A DNA stretch of 63,793 bases, counting the filler, from Octopus bimaculoides (taxonomy: Eukaryota), in assembly GCF_001194135.2 (NCBI RefSeq). It is 4 parts of 3 records of this genome, joined end to end, with 100 filler letters (N's around TTAATTAATTAA, not from the genome) between each part and the next. Parts side by side here need not be neighbours in the genome. Positions count along the whole stretch, not along the records: positions 1 to 29,846 come from NC_068983.1; positions 29,947 to 45,278 come from NC_068985.1; 2 more parts are not named here. One strand, 5' to 3'. Both the position numbers and the translations under genes were made by a program. The notes under the pieces were generated by a model, which was not told the DNA's origin, did not search any database, and saw only the letters and a list, made by a program, of their open reading frames with translations. This document shows, piece after piece, positions 24,994 to 37,409 of this stretch. Every line of letters begins with the position of its first letter. Position 1 is the first letter of the stretch.

Positions 24994-25617
24994 NNNNNNN
25001 NNNNNNNNNNNNNNNNNNNNNNNNNNNNNNNNNNNNNNNNNNNNNNNNNNNNNNNNNNNNNNNNNNNNNNNNNNNNNNNNNNNNNNNNNNNNNNNNNNNN
25101 NNNNNNNNNNNNNNNNNNNNNNNNNNNNNNNNNNNNNNNNNNNNNNNNNNNNNNNNNNNNNNNNNNNNNNNNNNNNNNNNNNNNNNNNNNNNNNNNNNNN
25201 NNNNNNNNNNNNNNNNNNNNNNNNNNNNNNNNNNNNNNNNNNNNNNNNNNNNNNNNNNNNNNNNNNNNNNNNNNNNNNNNNNNNNNNNNNNNNNNNNNNN
25301 NNNNNNNNNNNNNNNNNNNNNNNNNNNNNNNNNNNNNNNNNNNNNNNNNNNNNNNNNNNNNNNNNNNNNNNNNNNNNNNNNNNNNNNNNNNNNNNNNNNN
25401 NNNNNNNNNNNNNNNNNNNNNNNNNNNNNNNNNNNNNNNNNNNNNNNNNNNNNNNNNNNNNNNNNNNNNNNNNNNCGAGTAGTGGTGGGAGTAGATAAAA
25501 TAACGTCAAGTAGCGATGTCTGCTGCAATTATCAACAGTAGCATGTGTTGACAGTCTCAACACCATTGCGAAGTAACAACAAAACAATGCTTTCTCCAGC
25601 TCTTCTCTTTCTCTTCT

Positions 25618-25660
<43 letters not shown>

Positions 25661-26898
25661 GTACGTACATACGTGTACGTATGTGCATAGATAATTTCCT
25701 TTCTTTCGCTAGCTGCTTCTTTTCCGTTTTTATTCTTTTATTCCATGAGGCAAACTGTTTTCATCCTTCAATGAAGAACAAGGCATCATGTTCTACAGAC
25801 ACACATACCTATATACATACATATCAACAAACGCGCACACGTGCTGGCACACACGCGCGCGCGCGCGCGTGCGCTGTTGTAGCTGTTTCGCACACATCCA
25901 TACGCACACACTTGCATGAAGAGAATAGAATATGCGCAGACGTGTATATCGACCTGAATGCGATAAGATATTCCAGGCAATGTGTGTGTGTGTGTGTGAA
26001 GGTGATAGTGAAAGGAGGGGCACTATGCGGTAAAGTGATCGATAAGGAAGTGGGAGATACGGTGAAGTGGGGAGGCGAACATGGCGGCGGCAGTATAGTT
26101 CGTTGGAAACCAGACGATCAACAAACGCAACAAAACAACGGAACAGGGAATGTATTCTTTGCTGTAAATGTTTATCAATGTGATGTTTTTGTTAATCTCA
26201 TCTAGTTCTATATCCAGCTTGATCTTTCTGTTTTTCCATTTATCTTTTTATCCACCAACCTATTGTTCCAGAGCATCTATCTACCTAGCTAGCTAGCTAC
26301 CTACCTACCTACCTACCTATCTATCTATCTATCTATCTATCTGCCTGCCTGCCTGCCTACCTACCTACCTATCTGTCAGTCTGTCTGTCTATCTATCTAT
26401 CTATATGTCTGTCTGTTTGCTTATCTGTCTATCTACCTAACTATCTTTATATTTATCTACCTTTCACCAAAACACGTTTTCTATCTACGCACACACACAC
26501 ACTCACACACATACGTACACACACACAACATGGGAGAGAGAGAGAGAGAGAGAAACTATTCATGTGAGATATGTTTATAGCAAGACTCACGGCTGTTGGA
26601 CGCAATAAATACATCACAACAAATACTGACAGTAATATGGAGATTTACGCCGTGTAAACTCTACACCAGCCACAGACAAGAACCGTGATCTCCGTCCAAC
26701 AATGGAAGAATTAACCTCAGATTTACTACCGACTTCTCTCTTTATGAGGGATTAGATTCCAATTAGAGCTGTTTCTTCTACTCTGTTTTCTATGGTTTAA
26801 TTTGAGAGGAAAATCAGTGGTTATTACTCTTTTCAGGGTCCCTGAGATTGGTGAGAGACAGGGAGGTAGTAATTAATTGCTTGTAGGTCACCGAATTT

Positions 26899-27210
26899 CG
26901 TTATGCAACCACCTGATACTATTACGTATATTAAAGTATATCAATATAGTATATCAATGCTGTCCTACGTGTGTTAGCAGTGCGATTCAATCACTTTTTA
27001 AAGTTATCTCTATAGAAAATATATAGGAATTAGAGCTAGCGTTGGCAGTGACGACGTTTCGTATACGAATACGTCCATGTAAATAAACAATGCTGGCTCT
27101 AATTTCAATAGAAAATCTGAAGATAACTTTTTGAAAAGTGATTGAATCGCATTGATATACTATATCGATATACTTTAATATACTCAATAGTATAAGGTGG
27201 TTGCATAACG
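26899..27210. mobile_element. Palindromic MITE-like element with long imperfect TIRs
   Basis: cgttatgcaaccacc...atatcaatgc...gattcaatcacttttt...attagagc is mirrored by the reverse complement of 27090-27210; the left arm has an insertion of about 20 bp. Confidence 0.8.
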
Positions 27211-28639
27211 ATGTAGTTAGCCTCTGACTGAAGAAGACCAAGCCTTGGTGCTTAATTCCACCAATATGGGGCGGAGAGGACTATTAAACTGTGTGATCGA
27301 ATAAATCTACTACAAAAAAAAAAATGTCTGCCACTCAAAACTAAGAGCCGACCGCGAAAAAAAAAAATGGGGAAAAGGATATAATGAAGAATGTGTGGCC
27401 ACTACAAGAACAGTTTACGAAAATCGTGAGGTGGGGTCCGTGAAATTTCAGCCATGAAAATGAAAGTGAAAGTGATTGTAGACAATGTTTAAAAATATTG
27501 AAATTTGTATGGGAGAACTATCCCCTAGGTGTGAGCCTAGAACCCGCCAGCCCTGGCCACAGATCCTGGATTTTCCTAGCAAAAGCAAGTTCCCTCTTTT
27601 AAGTGTCATTCACTAGCGTGCAAGTGAGAGGTAAAACTATTCACATGGGTCATAACTGCCACTCTCATCCACTTTTCTGCAAATATATTGAAGAAGAGGG
27701 GGGGCTTCCTTCTCCACCACCACCATCTTTCTCGTGAAGTTGTTCTTGAAAAACTTGGTGAAGAGGTTTTGGTTGAAGGAGAATATATATCTGTCCTCAA
27801 CCTTCTCAGTTTGGTCCACACACAACCCACTTTCACAATAGCTACCAGTCAAAGGAAAACTGATTGACCTTCCCTAGTGAAGGAAAGGGCCAGGTTCAGC
27901 GCCGGATTAACCATTACGTAAAATAAGCACGTGCTTAGGACATCAAGGGAAGGGGAAGGAATCACAGACATGGTAAATGGTCTACGGCACAAAAGAAATT
28001 TTAAACTTGCTAAAATAATATTCGGGATGCCTTGTCTTTACTAAGTATAGAAGCAGATGTGTTGTTATGTAAGATTAATTTTGAGGATCTGATCAAAAAC
28101 TTTGCAATCAAAAGAAAAAGTAGGTGAAAACTTATAGCTCATCTAGGTCGTCCCATAAGGGTTTTGGTTGCGCATACTATAGGAGTCAAATGGCGCTGCT
28201 CCATGTGGTCTCGCAGTTTCCATCTAACTAAGAATATTAGGGTCTGATCCATTGCTTTGTATTCAAGATCCTCTGCATGACCTCCTGCTAGTTCAAAGCC
28301 AGGAATCTGATCTGTTAGGTCCTGCCCATAACTAAATCCACGCCCTGCTGCCGACGCTTCGATTTATTGTTGCTAAGGTTTTGCCTGTCTCCTACTCTTC
28401 GACCTGTCTGACCTGGTAAGACCTACCTGAAGATTTCTCTCCCTCCAGCATATCTCTCAGGCTCAATGGAGCACACATGCACTTCACCGCGACAAAGTAC
28501 TTGTTGAAGGGGCCGTTGACTACGCAGTAGTTCTTCCGCCCTTTGACGGGTCTTATTTTTCGTCCCGTAGGGTGTCCAACACCATCATAAAATGCAAGAG
28601 ACAGCCAAAATCTATGAAAAGTCTCCGAACACAAGCCCG

Positions 28640-29105
28640 AATACGCTGAACACCACTAAAGCCATCAGTAAGAAAATGTGGAAGACCCAACCGTGGGATA
28701 TGCGTCAATTTAATTGAGGGATCAGAGTTCTCCTTCAAACAGGAACAACGTTTCACAGTGAAAAACAGCTTCACATGTGCTTCGGATAACCTGATATATG
28801 CACTAACCTGCTCTGGATGTCAAGAACAATACATCGGCCAAACAAAAAACAGTCTACGTCAAAGAATGGCTCTGCACAGATCCCAGATCAAAATTCCCCA
28901 AAACAGAAGAATAGTATTCAGCCAACACATCGAAATTTGCGCCAATAACAAAAATCCAAGCTTCAGAATTTTTCCCCTCTATCAATTCAGGGACGTTACA
29001 ACCTGTAGCCAACGAATTAATAAAGAGTCTTTCTTTATCACAAAATACACACCCCTTTTGAACGCATCTACAACAAATGACATATCCACCACGACCTTAG
29101 AATAA
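28640..29105 (+). mobile_element. Penelope-like element GIY-YIG endonuclease fragment
   Basis: KCGRPN.GIC...FTCASDNLIYALTCSGCQEQYIGQTKNSLRQRMALHRSQI...RINKESFFITKYTPLLN: LIY-x-C-x2-C-YIG(QT) plus the R, H, E and N residues typical of PLE GIY-YIG domains. Confidence 0.9.
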
Positions 29106-29359
29106 CACACACGCAAATATTAAAAATGATACATTTAAAAGATATACCCAAGAATTCATTAAAAACTATACTATAATCCACAACGAGCCACTTTTAGGTC
29201 ACTTGACCATTTAATATCCTACTACTATCATACCACTCCCGCATTCTTCTATTATTCTTTCTCTTCTTTTTCTTCTTCTTCTTCGTCTTCTTCCTCTTCG
29301 CCACCGCCTTCCTACTCCTGCTGTTTAGAATAACACCTACGCAAATATTAAAGCATTTT

Positions 29360-29580
29360 GCCCGGCGTGCTAACGTTCCTTATTTCTTTACTGCGCACAA
29401 GGGGCTAAACACAGAGAGGACAAACAAGGACAGACAAACGGATTAAGTCTATTATATCGACTCCGAAAGGATGAAAGGCAAAGTCAACCTCGGCGGAATT
29501 TGAACTCAAAACGTAAAGACGGACGAAATACCGCTAAGCATTTCGCCCGGCGTGCTAACGCTTCTGTCAGCTCGTCGCTT
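29360..29580 (-). mobile_element. SINE family B copy
   Basis: Reverse complement of the 33943-34172 copy, with a small internal deletion. Confidence 0.8.
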
Positions 29581-30026
29581 TTGGAAGTCAACATTATATG
29601 AATATTTTGCAGTTATATCGAACAAAATACACGAAAGTATTCAGCAATGGCCTTTTACGTTCTGAGTTCAAATCCTACCGAGGTCTACTTTGCTGGTTTA
29701 TATTTTTAATGTCAATAAAATAAAGTATAAGTGAAAGTACCGGGAGCCGATATAATCCACTGTTGCCCCTACCCAGTACAGGATTCCATAATGATGACAA
29801 TTTCGTCCCCTATCGTCCCCGCTTTTCCTATCATCGCTCACTACCCNNNNNNNNNNNNNNNNNNNNNNNNNNNNNNNNNNNNNNNNNNNNTTAATTAATT
29901 AANNNNNNNNNNNNNNNNNNNNNNNNNNNNNNNNNNNNNNNNNNNNCCGGTTTAATCGTAATTTATACGCATATATTGTTTATATAATAAATTACGCTGT
30001 GCGTATCTGTGTGTGTAACAATTTTA

Positions 30027-30138
30027 GAGTTCGGGTTCTAGAGTTAGGGTTAGTTTTAGGGTTACGGTTAGGGTTATGATTATTTTTGCCATAACCCCAA
30101 CCCTAACTCTAAAACCCGAACCCTAACCCTAAACTAGA
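30027..30138. repeat. Head-to-head degenerate (TTAGGG)n/(CCCTAA)n telomere-like array
   Basis: G-rich units 30027-30078, short spacer, C-rich units 30090-30133. Confidence 0.8.
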
Positions 30139-30646
30139 GTTTGATTTGAAGAAGATTTGGCTGCTATTTCTAGGAAATGAAGTACTTGGTGGAGGTGCAT
30201 TAATAATTCTGCCAGCACCAATAACAAGTGCAGGCAACATTCAAGTATTTTGATGGCTTTTTCCCTTTGTTTACGAACAGTCTAGTTAATCGGAAATGTC
30301 AGAACTAACAGGGATTAATACCATATACACCGTCACAGCACTAACTCTCTTCAACTGAATAGACGTCAGTGATTAGTTGAAATTATCGAAATAAGACAAT
30401 TTTTAATGTGAAATAACTTCGAATACAAACATTTTTATCTGTTCTATACCACAAAATATACAAGTATACGAAGTTTGAAAGTGTTTCGGTACCAAAAACA
30501 CTACATAAAAAAATGTTGCCCGTCAAACCCCAAAGATCCAAATCGAGTACCACTGATTTAATAGCTATGTAAAGACCTTTTAAATTTTTCTCCAACCATT
30601 CAAAGTGTTATTTCCTTATAAATAAGTTCTATAAGAAAAAAAAAAG

Positions 30647-31216
30647 GGATCCTGTTCAAAACGGGGGCACCAGTTTTCATTAATGTTTTATGTAGTGTTT
30701 TGGGTACCGAAAGACTTTCAAACTTCGTATACTTATATATTTTGTGTTATAGAACAGAAAAAAATTTTTGTATTCGAATTTATTTCATGTAAAAAATTGT
30801 CTTATTTCGATAATTTCAACCAATCACTGACAAGTATTCAACTGTTTATACTTGCTCCTTTGGAAGTTTAAGCGGTGTAAAGCGTATTTAATCTCCATTT
30901 ATAATTTCGCTAACATCTGCCTGAACTGTATGAAAGGTTTATTAGCTACTACCCAACCCTAACCCTACTGCCAATATGCTTCAGCCATCGTTTGTTTACA
31001 TAGTCAGCACTTAATAATATCCGGCTGAATGGACGTCAGTCATTGGTTGAAATTACAGAAATACGACAACTTTAACATGAAATAACTTGCGATGTAGGTT
31101 TTTTTGTTAAGAAGACTAAGAGAAAAAGATGTTTTATATGACACATTCTACCAGTATCCCAAGTTTCAAAGTGTTTCGTTAAGAAAATACTGGTGCCCCC
31201 GTTTTGAACAAGATCC
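30647..31216. mobile_element. MITE with about 30-bp TIRs and a further inverted partial copy at 30365-30510
   Basis: ggatcctgttcaaaacgggggcaccagt / actggtgcccccgttttgaacaagatcc; 30365-30510 is the reverse complement of 30686-30831. Confidence 0.8.
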
Positions 31217-32149
31217 AAGAAAAGAAAATGAATACGATTTTCGTCATCAGCATACAAAATTGCATTAGAAATACATTTTAAAAAATATTCTGATGAAAAT
31301 TGTAAATACTTCAAGTGGCTAGGAGAATTTTAACGAGATCCCTATATAAAACAAACTAGACGCGAATGGAATTGTAATAGAAAATTCACAAAATGCGTGA
31401 ATGAAAAGCATTCTAGCCATGACTACCCGTATTTTTAGCAGCTTCAGGGACTATATAACTTAGTTCGAGCTTTGAGCTTGATTGGAATCAGACTGCAATT
31501 TCTAACGTATAGGTCCCTCCCATAAACATGGAAAAGCTCCCTAGTGAGTAAAAAAAAAAAATCTAAGATTGAGATAGTCATTAAAATATTATATTAAACA
31601 TGAACTTTCATATATCTGTTATAATTATTGTATATTAATACCTGCCATGCAACAAGCAAAAAAAAATGTGAATACAATAAGAACTAGGAAGATATAATAT
31701 GTATAAACTCACTGATTGGTTGTAGCAAAATACAAAGGAGTGGGTCAGCTTGTGAAAGCAATTCAAACGCTTATTATTTCTATTTTAAAAAATCCAATCC
31801 GTCTGTTGTCTCACCCTCCCTCACTCTCTCTATAGCTTCATCTAAAAGGTTTTTATTGGAGTATAATACATATGTCTACNNNNNNNNNNNNNNNNNNNNN
31901 NNNNNNNNNNNNNNNNNNNNNNNNNNNNNNNNNNNNNNNNNNNNNNNNNNNNNNNNNNNNNNNNNNNNNNNNNNNNNNNNNNNNNNNNNNNNNNNNNNNN
32001 NNNNNNNNNNNNNNNNNNNNNNNNNNNNNNNNNNNNNNNNNNNNNNNNNNNNNNNNNNNNNNNNNNNNNNNNNNNNNNNNNNNNNNNAAAGAGGAAGAAA
32101 GAAAGAAAAGATATCAATTCAACACCAATTGCTTCCATTGGTCGCACAC

Positions 32150-32400
32150 CATAAAGTTCAACAGAACTTACTGAAGCATGTCGACATGCACGCGGCATAA
32201 ACCACGGCCGATGGCTAAGGTGTTGGAACAGCCAAGCTCCCTCGCAGGTATCACTTCACACCTCGGTTAGACGAGCTGCCAGTGATGACAAGAACGTCGC
32301 CGTTAGAGGCTCAAACGGAAGAAATGGTTCACTGACAAGTCTCGATACTTATAGTGTGTGTGTATGTGTGCGTGCGCGCGCGTATGTGTGCGCGCGCGTA
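32150..32400. promoter_or_regulatory. CpG-rich unique patch, candidate promoter or first exon
   Basis: Non-repetitive and CpG-dense, with a cggaag ETS-like word and a minus-strand GTAAGT donor at 32171; sits at the CpG boundary. Confidence 0.35.
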
Positions 32401-32649
32401 TGCGTCCCATATACAAACTGATTTAACCACTTTAATAGTCTGTAATGCTGGTAAGCAATGACAGACTGAGAATGATTCTCCTTATATAATAATACTCCTT
32501 ATACATAAGGAGAAAAGAAACCAGAAACTAACAAGAAGGAAAACGAATACAAATACACTTAAATGTTTTCGATTTTAAATCTTTTTGTAGACTCCATTAA
32601 AAATTAGTGAGTTCCTGAAAATAAATTTCACCTTCAACCTTATCTCTGA

Positions 32650-33230
32650 CTTGTTTCAGTCATTGGACTGCTGCTGTAATGGTGCACTGCCTCGAATGGT
32701 TTTAGCCAAAGAGATCGACTCTAATATTTGTATTTTTCAAAGTCTGGTATTTATTCTATCAGTCTCTTTTACCAAAGTGCTAACTTACGGGGATGTAAAC
32801 AACACAACACTAGTTGTCCAGTTGTGTGCTTGAGTGTGGAACAAACACAAGCACAAAGACTCTTTCTTTCCCTCTCTCTTTCGCGCACACACACACACAC
32901 ACACGAGGGGCTATCACACAGTTTCTAGTTATCAATTTCACTCACAAGGCTCTGGTTGGTCAGGGGCCAGTGGCAGACTGAGCCATCAGTCAATTGGGCA
33001 CTGCCCAAGGGCCCAGAGCTCTGACGGGCCTGCACTCTACATGTTAACTTCACTGATATCAATGCTAAGAGGCCTAGTAGACAGTTATGCCTGAGGGCTC
33101 TTAATACTCTCAGTCTGCCCCTGCCTGGCGCTATATCAGAAGACATTTATTCCAAGGTGTCATGCAGTAGGCCTCAACCTGAAACCACATAGTTGCAAAG
33201 TGAGCTTCTTAACCACACAGCCATGCCTTG
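32650..33230 (-). mobile_element. Decayed SINE family A copy interrupted by a hAT-like MITE (32968-33123)
   Basis: Inner TIRs cagtggcagactgag / ctcagtctgcccctg; degenerate 8-bp flanks tcaggggc / cctggcgc. Confidence 0.7.
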
Positions 33231-33460
33231 ACCTTGTTAACTTTTTAAAACTAATTTCAAAATGTCCTCCGTCTCAGACCAGCAATTTTTACATTGAAAA
33301 AAAATTATGCCATACAGTTTCTTAGCAGTCCTACAAGAACACAAAGGTGATCCCATATAGGAATCACCTTTTCAATATCCCTTTGTAAATGATTTTCATC
33401 AAAAATGAACTCTGATCAGCCTGTCACACAAACACTCTGCCCCTATATCATATAGTTTAA

Positions 33461-33677
33461 CCCTCTAGCATTTAAACTGGCACAATCTGGCCCAAATATT
33501 TTATACATTATATGTTCAAACTGGCCAGATCCAGCCACTTACACCTACCCTAAAATGTTATTCTAAAACTAAGTAAACACATCAAAATCTTGAAGCTGTG
33601 AAATAATGACTGATTAATTTTAAATAACGTGACTAAATAAGCATTACGTTTGACAAAGTAATCTGAATGCTGAAGGG
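33461..33677. mobile_element. piggyBac-type MITE
   Basis: TTAA|ccctctagcatt ... aatgctgaaggg|TTAA. Confidence 0.8.
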
Positions 33678-33942
33678 TTAAAGGAATATAGATCATTCTA
33701 ATCCAATAAAATCTTTGTTACCCTTGATCCATGTCTAATATGTTTTATACTTTGATAGATCAAGCTGCGATAATGATGAAGGATTAATGTTTGATGATTT
33801 AGTTCTTGACTCTTCTATTTTTTTCCACCCTTGACTATTTATATTTCAGCTGAATAATATAACTTGTGACAGATTTGGCACGTAATCTGTATCTGTCATT
33901 TCTTTATGAAACAGCATTCTATCAGGTAGATATAATTATGTA

Positions 33943-34172
33943 GGCGGCGAGCTGGCAGAAACGTTAGCACGCCAGGCGAAATGCTTAGCAGTATTTCGTC
34001 TGCCGTTACGTTCTGAGTTCAAATTCCGCCGAGGTCGACTTTGCCTTTCATCCTTTCGGGGTCGATAAATTAAGTACCAGTTACGCACTGGGTCGATGTA
34101 ATCGACTTAATCCATTTGTCTGTCCTTGTTTGTCCCCTCTATGTTTAGCCTCTTGTGGGCAATAAAGAAATA
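33943..34172 (+). mobile_element. Young full-length SINE family B insertion with 15-bp TSD
   Basis: agatataattatgta at 33928-33942 and 34173-34187; A-box gagctggcagaa, B-box gagttcaaattcc. Confidence 0.92.
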
Positions 34173-34199
34173 AGATATAATTATGTATATGAATGTGTG

Positions 34200-35330
34200 T
34201 ATGTGTTTGTATATGTGAACTGTGACCTACAGTAACTTTATGGTCATTGTAAACACAATATTATTTTAATTTGCAACGACTTCATGAAAAATTATCCAAA
34301 ATTAAGGAATTTAACTCAGCAGTTTGTAGATAATTTCATAGCTTTCACCTGTTCAGATATAGATTTGATTAAATTATTAGAGATGGATTGATCCATGTTG
34401 ACCCACTTTTTGCTCAATGCTTGTCAGTCCAGGAAGTGATGTGATTTTAGATGATCCTGCAACTCTCCATCAAGATGTTCACATATGTGTTCAGTTAGAT
34501 TATGATCAGAGCTTTTGAGAAAATCATTTCAGATATTCAATTCTGTGAGTTCTTTGCCAAGATTATGATACCTTATGTGTATAGCATGGGGCTCCAACCT
34601 CTTGAAAAAGAGTGGTCTTCTTATCAGTTCATACATTGAAATAAATGGGTAATAGATTTTTTTTCAAGAATTTGATAGTATTTTGGGTCGTTTACAAGTT
34701 CTGAAAAGTTCCTGGCTTTAGGATCAGTTAATTATGGTTTTATTCAACATACCCACCTCTTAGATTCACACACTTATTGTAGCAATCTTTCAGTTTTTCT
34801 AAACCCTATAAAAGAACTTAGAAGCTGGGAACTTTTCAGTATCCCTTTGAAATGATTTTCATCAAAAATGAACTCTGATCAGTCTGTCACACAAACACTC
34901 TGCCCCTATACCGTAATTCCAACTCCTCCGTCTTTTAGTTTTGTTCTGCCACACACACTCCTACCTTGAACTGGTAAACTGGCAGAATTTGTTTTTGTTA
35001 GACAATATTATTAATGACAGAAACATGCCTTCCTTATAACAGAGCTCTTTAGCCCAATAAGACTGTTTGATCTTATTAGCTTTTGAAATCATTGGCTTCT
35101 TTCTTATAGCTCTTCTTTCATATCCAAGGTCTTTCAGTAGTGTTCTTATGCAATTTGGTGACATATCCATAGAATTTGCAGCCATTCTAACTGTTGTAAA
35201 TCAGTGACTAGTACCTTCCTTCTAAACTACCCCTTTTGCTCTCTCTTAAAAATTTTCCATAGTCTTTAAATTCAACATTGTTCATCTTCAATCCACGTCT
35301 TGACTTCACTGTTTAATGGTTAAAAAAAAA
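34200..35330 (-). mobile_element. Tc1-like transposase relic with a nested mariner MITE (about 34690-34850)
   Basis: CIRTLLKDLGYERRAIRKKPMISKANK..Q.YWAK (HTH region); APCYTHKVS, KSSDHNLTEHIC (SPDLNPIEH-like), NLIKSISEQVKAM. The nested MITE is homologous to 2790-3009. Confidence 0.75.
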
Positions 35331-37409
35331 AAGAGAAACAGAAGAATTTTTTGTTGATAGGACTTCTCACATTGATACCTCCTGATTTGCACCCGTGTGT
35401 AAACTCAGTATTATTTTCTTCAATTAATCCAAATATACATATATGTGTTGGATGGGGTGGGGTGATGATGATAGTGGCCTAATGCAGTTTCCTTATATAT
35501 AGATCTGCCAAAGGGCAAGCAAGTAAAGTGACAAGGATGGTGCAGTCCGCATAGATGGCAGGGAGATGAGATGAGATGAGAAAGAGCAAGCAAGAGGGAT
35601 ATTAGTGATAAGAAGATGGGTGAGGAGTGGGTTGAGCAATAGGTAGATGGAAGGTGGAGACAAGAATGTAAGGTTAGGGAGCAGCACACCCTTGATATGG
35701 TTATGAAGAATATGCTGGTGATAAAAACAATTTTCAAAGGCCACGACAGTTGTTCAAGTATTTTAGATTAAGTACAAGTTTTATAATAGGTATTCTGTAG
35801 ATATAATATTATCACCTGTCCATAATCAAAGAAGTTTCCATTCTAGGGCAAAAGGTTAGTGTTGGTTTAAACATAAAAGTAGCATTGATAAACAGTAAAC
35901 ATGAATAGAACTGACAAGATTAAACAAGTATGAACTTGAGTATGAAAGTGTACACATGTATCTTTTTTGTGTTTGTGTGTATATATAGGTAACTGTGTGC
36001 TTAAATCTGTAAGATGATTTCTCGGATATAGTATGGTTTTAAGTGCACAGTTATCTATGCACTTACATGCATGTATGTGCATGTGTTTGTGTGTGTGTAT
36101 GTGTATGCATGCATACACACACACACACATTATTGTTTATTTACATTTCATGAAGGGTTCTGTCTGGTAACTTCACTGTAGAGAAAGTCCACCATACAAA
36201 TTTTTTGACATAATTTTTCAACTTCAATTTTTCTCTAGCTTTTTTTTTCTTCTCAATAAAATAGTTTTTAACAATTAATGTTGAGATAACTATAGTTATA
36301 TTTTCTCGGTAAACTTTCGTCATGGTGAATTTTCCTCACAGTCAATTTTCTTCACGGTGAATTGATGGTAGTGAACTCTTCTACGATGAATTGATGGCAG
36401 TGAAATTACATGTAATCGCAAAGGGTTACATCGGTCTTTATAAATTATTATTATTATTATTATTGCTAAGATGGCAAGCTAGTAGAATTATTAGCACACT
36501 GGGTAAAATGCTTTGCCCATCTGCACATCCTGTGTTCAAATTCCATTGAGGTCAATGTTGCCTTTCATCCTTTTGGAGTTGATAAAATAAGTGCCAGTTG
36601 AGCTCTGGGGTCAATGTACCTAACTTAGCCCCTTCCCCAAAACTTCATCAGTCATCTAGTTGCTTGATCTACTGTAAATAGCAGCCAAATCTCCTTTAAG
36701 TTACATCTTACTGTCTTGAAAAATGGTAAGAGAAAGCTTTTTATTGGCATGCAGGTGATATAATTTTTTATCACATATAACACACATATAAAGAAACAGG
36801 GTAACTTATAATTTATCAACTATTACCTAAGAAATAAGTCTGTGCGATGAGGGGGTGGGGTCAGTGATACACTATTCTTTTTGAAAAAGTAAGGTTGTTA
36901 GTAACAAGTGACTATCAGGTTAAGATGGCACTGTATGTAGTACTTCAATCTCTGAGTTTACAAGTATTACCTGTGATTAGCAGCAGTGTCATAAAAGACA
37001 CCACTTGGAAGTCGACCCCCTATATTTGCACAAATGGTTTACAAGGGTGTTGGTTGGGGAAGGGGCACTCAGATCTAGTATTTTCTAATTCAGTTATTTT
37101 ATGGAATTATTAAAAAATAGCACCTTGGTAACACCTTCAGTTCAGGAAATGTAATTAAGCAATTTGTTTCATAACCTTGAGGTTTGAGGCTCAGTCTCAC
37201 CACATGGCACCTTCAGTAAATGCCTTCTACCTTAGTCCCTGGCCAATCAATATCTTGTGAGGGATTTACTAGATGGAAACTGTAAGAAGTCTGTTGTGTA
37301 CATATGTATGTATATATTAATATGTGAGCATGTGTGTGTGTATGGTGGTTGTCTACTCCTTATGCAGAGTTTGACCACCTTTTTTACTTACACCTTTGAT
37401 CCATCATAG

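Noticed and set aside
2485-25620. Many long ORFs of poly-HT, CV, YI, M, L or D in the ORF track
   Set aside because: Translations of microsatellites and N gaps.
27606-27852. Two overlapping minus-strand ORFs (…NQNLFTKFFKNNFTRKMVVVEKEAPPLLQYICRK…)
   Set aside because: No recognisable domain or convincing splice sites; not aquaporin-like; probably a TE fragment.
29891-29902. TTAATTAATTAA inside N runs (also 45323-45334 and 55810-55821)
   Set aside because: Identical word centred in gaps; an assembly spacer with stops in all frames, not biological.
31235-31255. Minus-strand CUGAUGACGAAA
   Set aside because: No stem II between the core halves; chance word next to a MITE end.
32172-32260. LAIG-containing frame ending at a strong donor, considered as the aquaporin TM5 exon
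   Set aside because: Flanking residues (CSNTLAIGRGLCRVH) do not fit TM5, the donor phase does not match the phase-0 acceptor at 12827, and the frame has an upstream stop.
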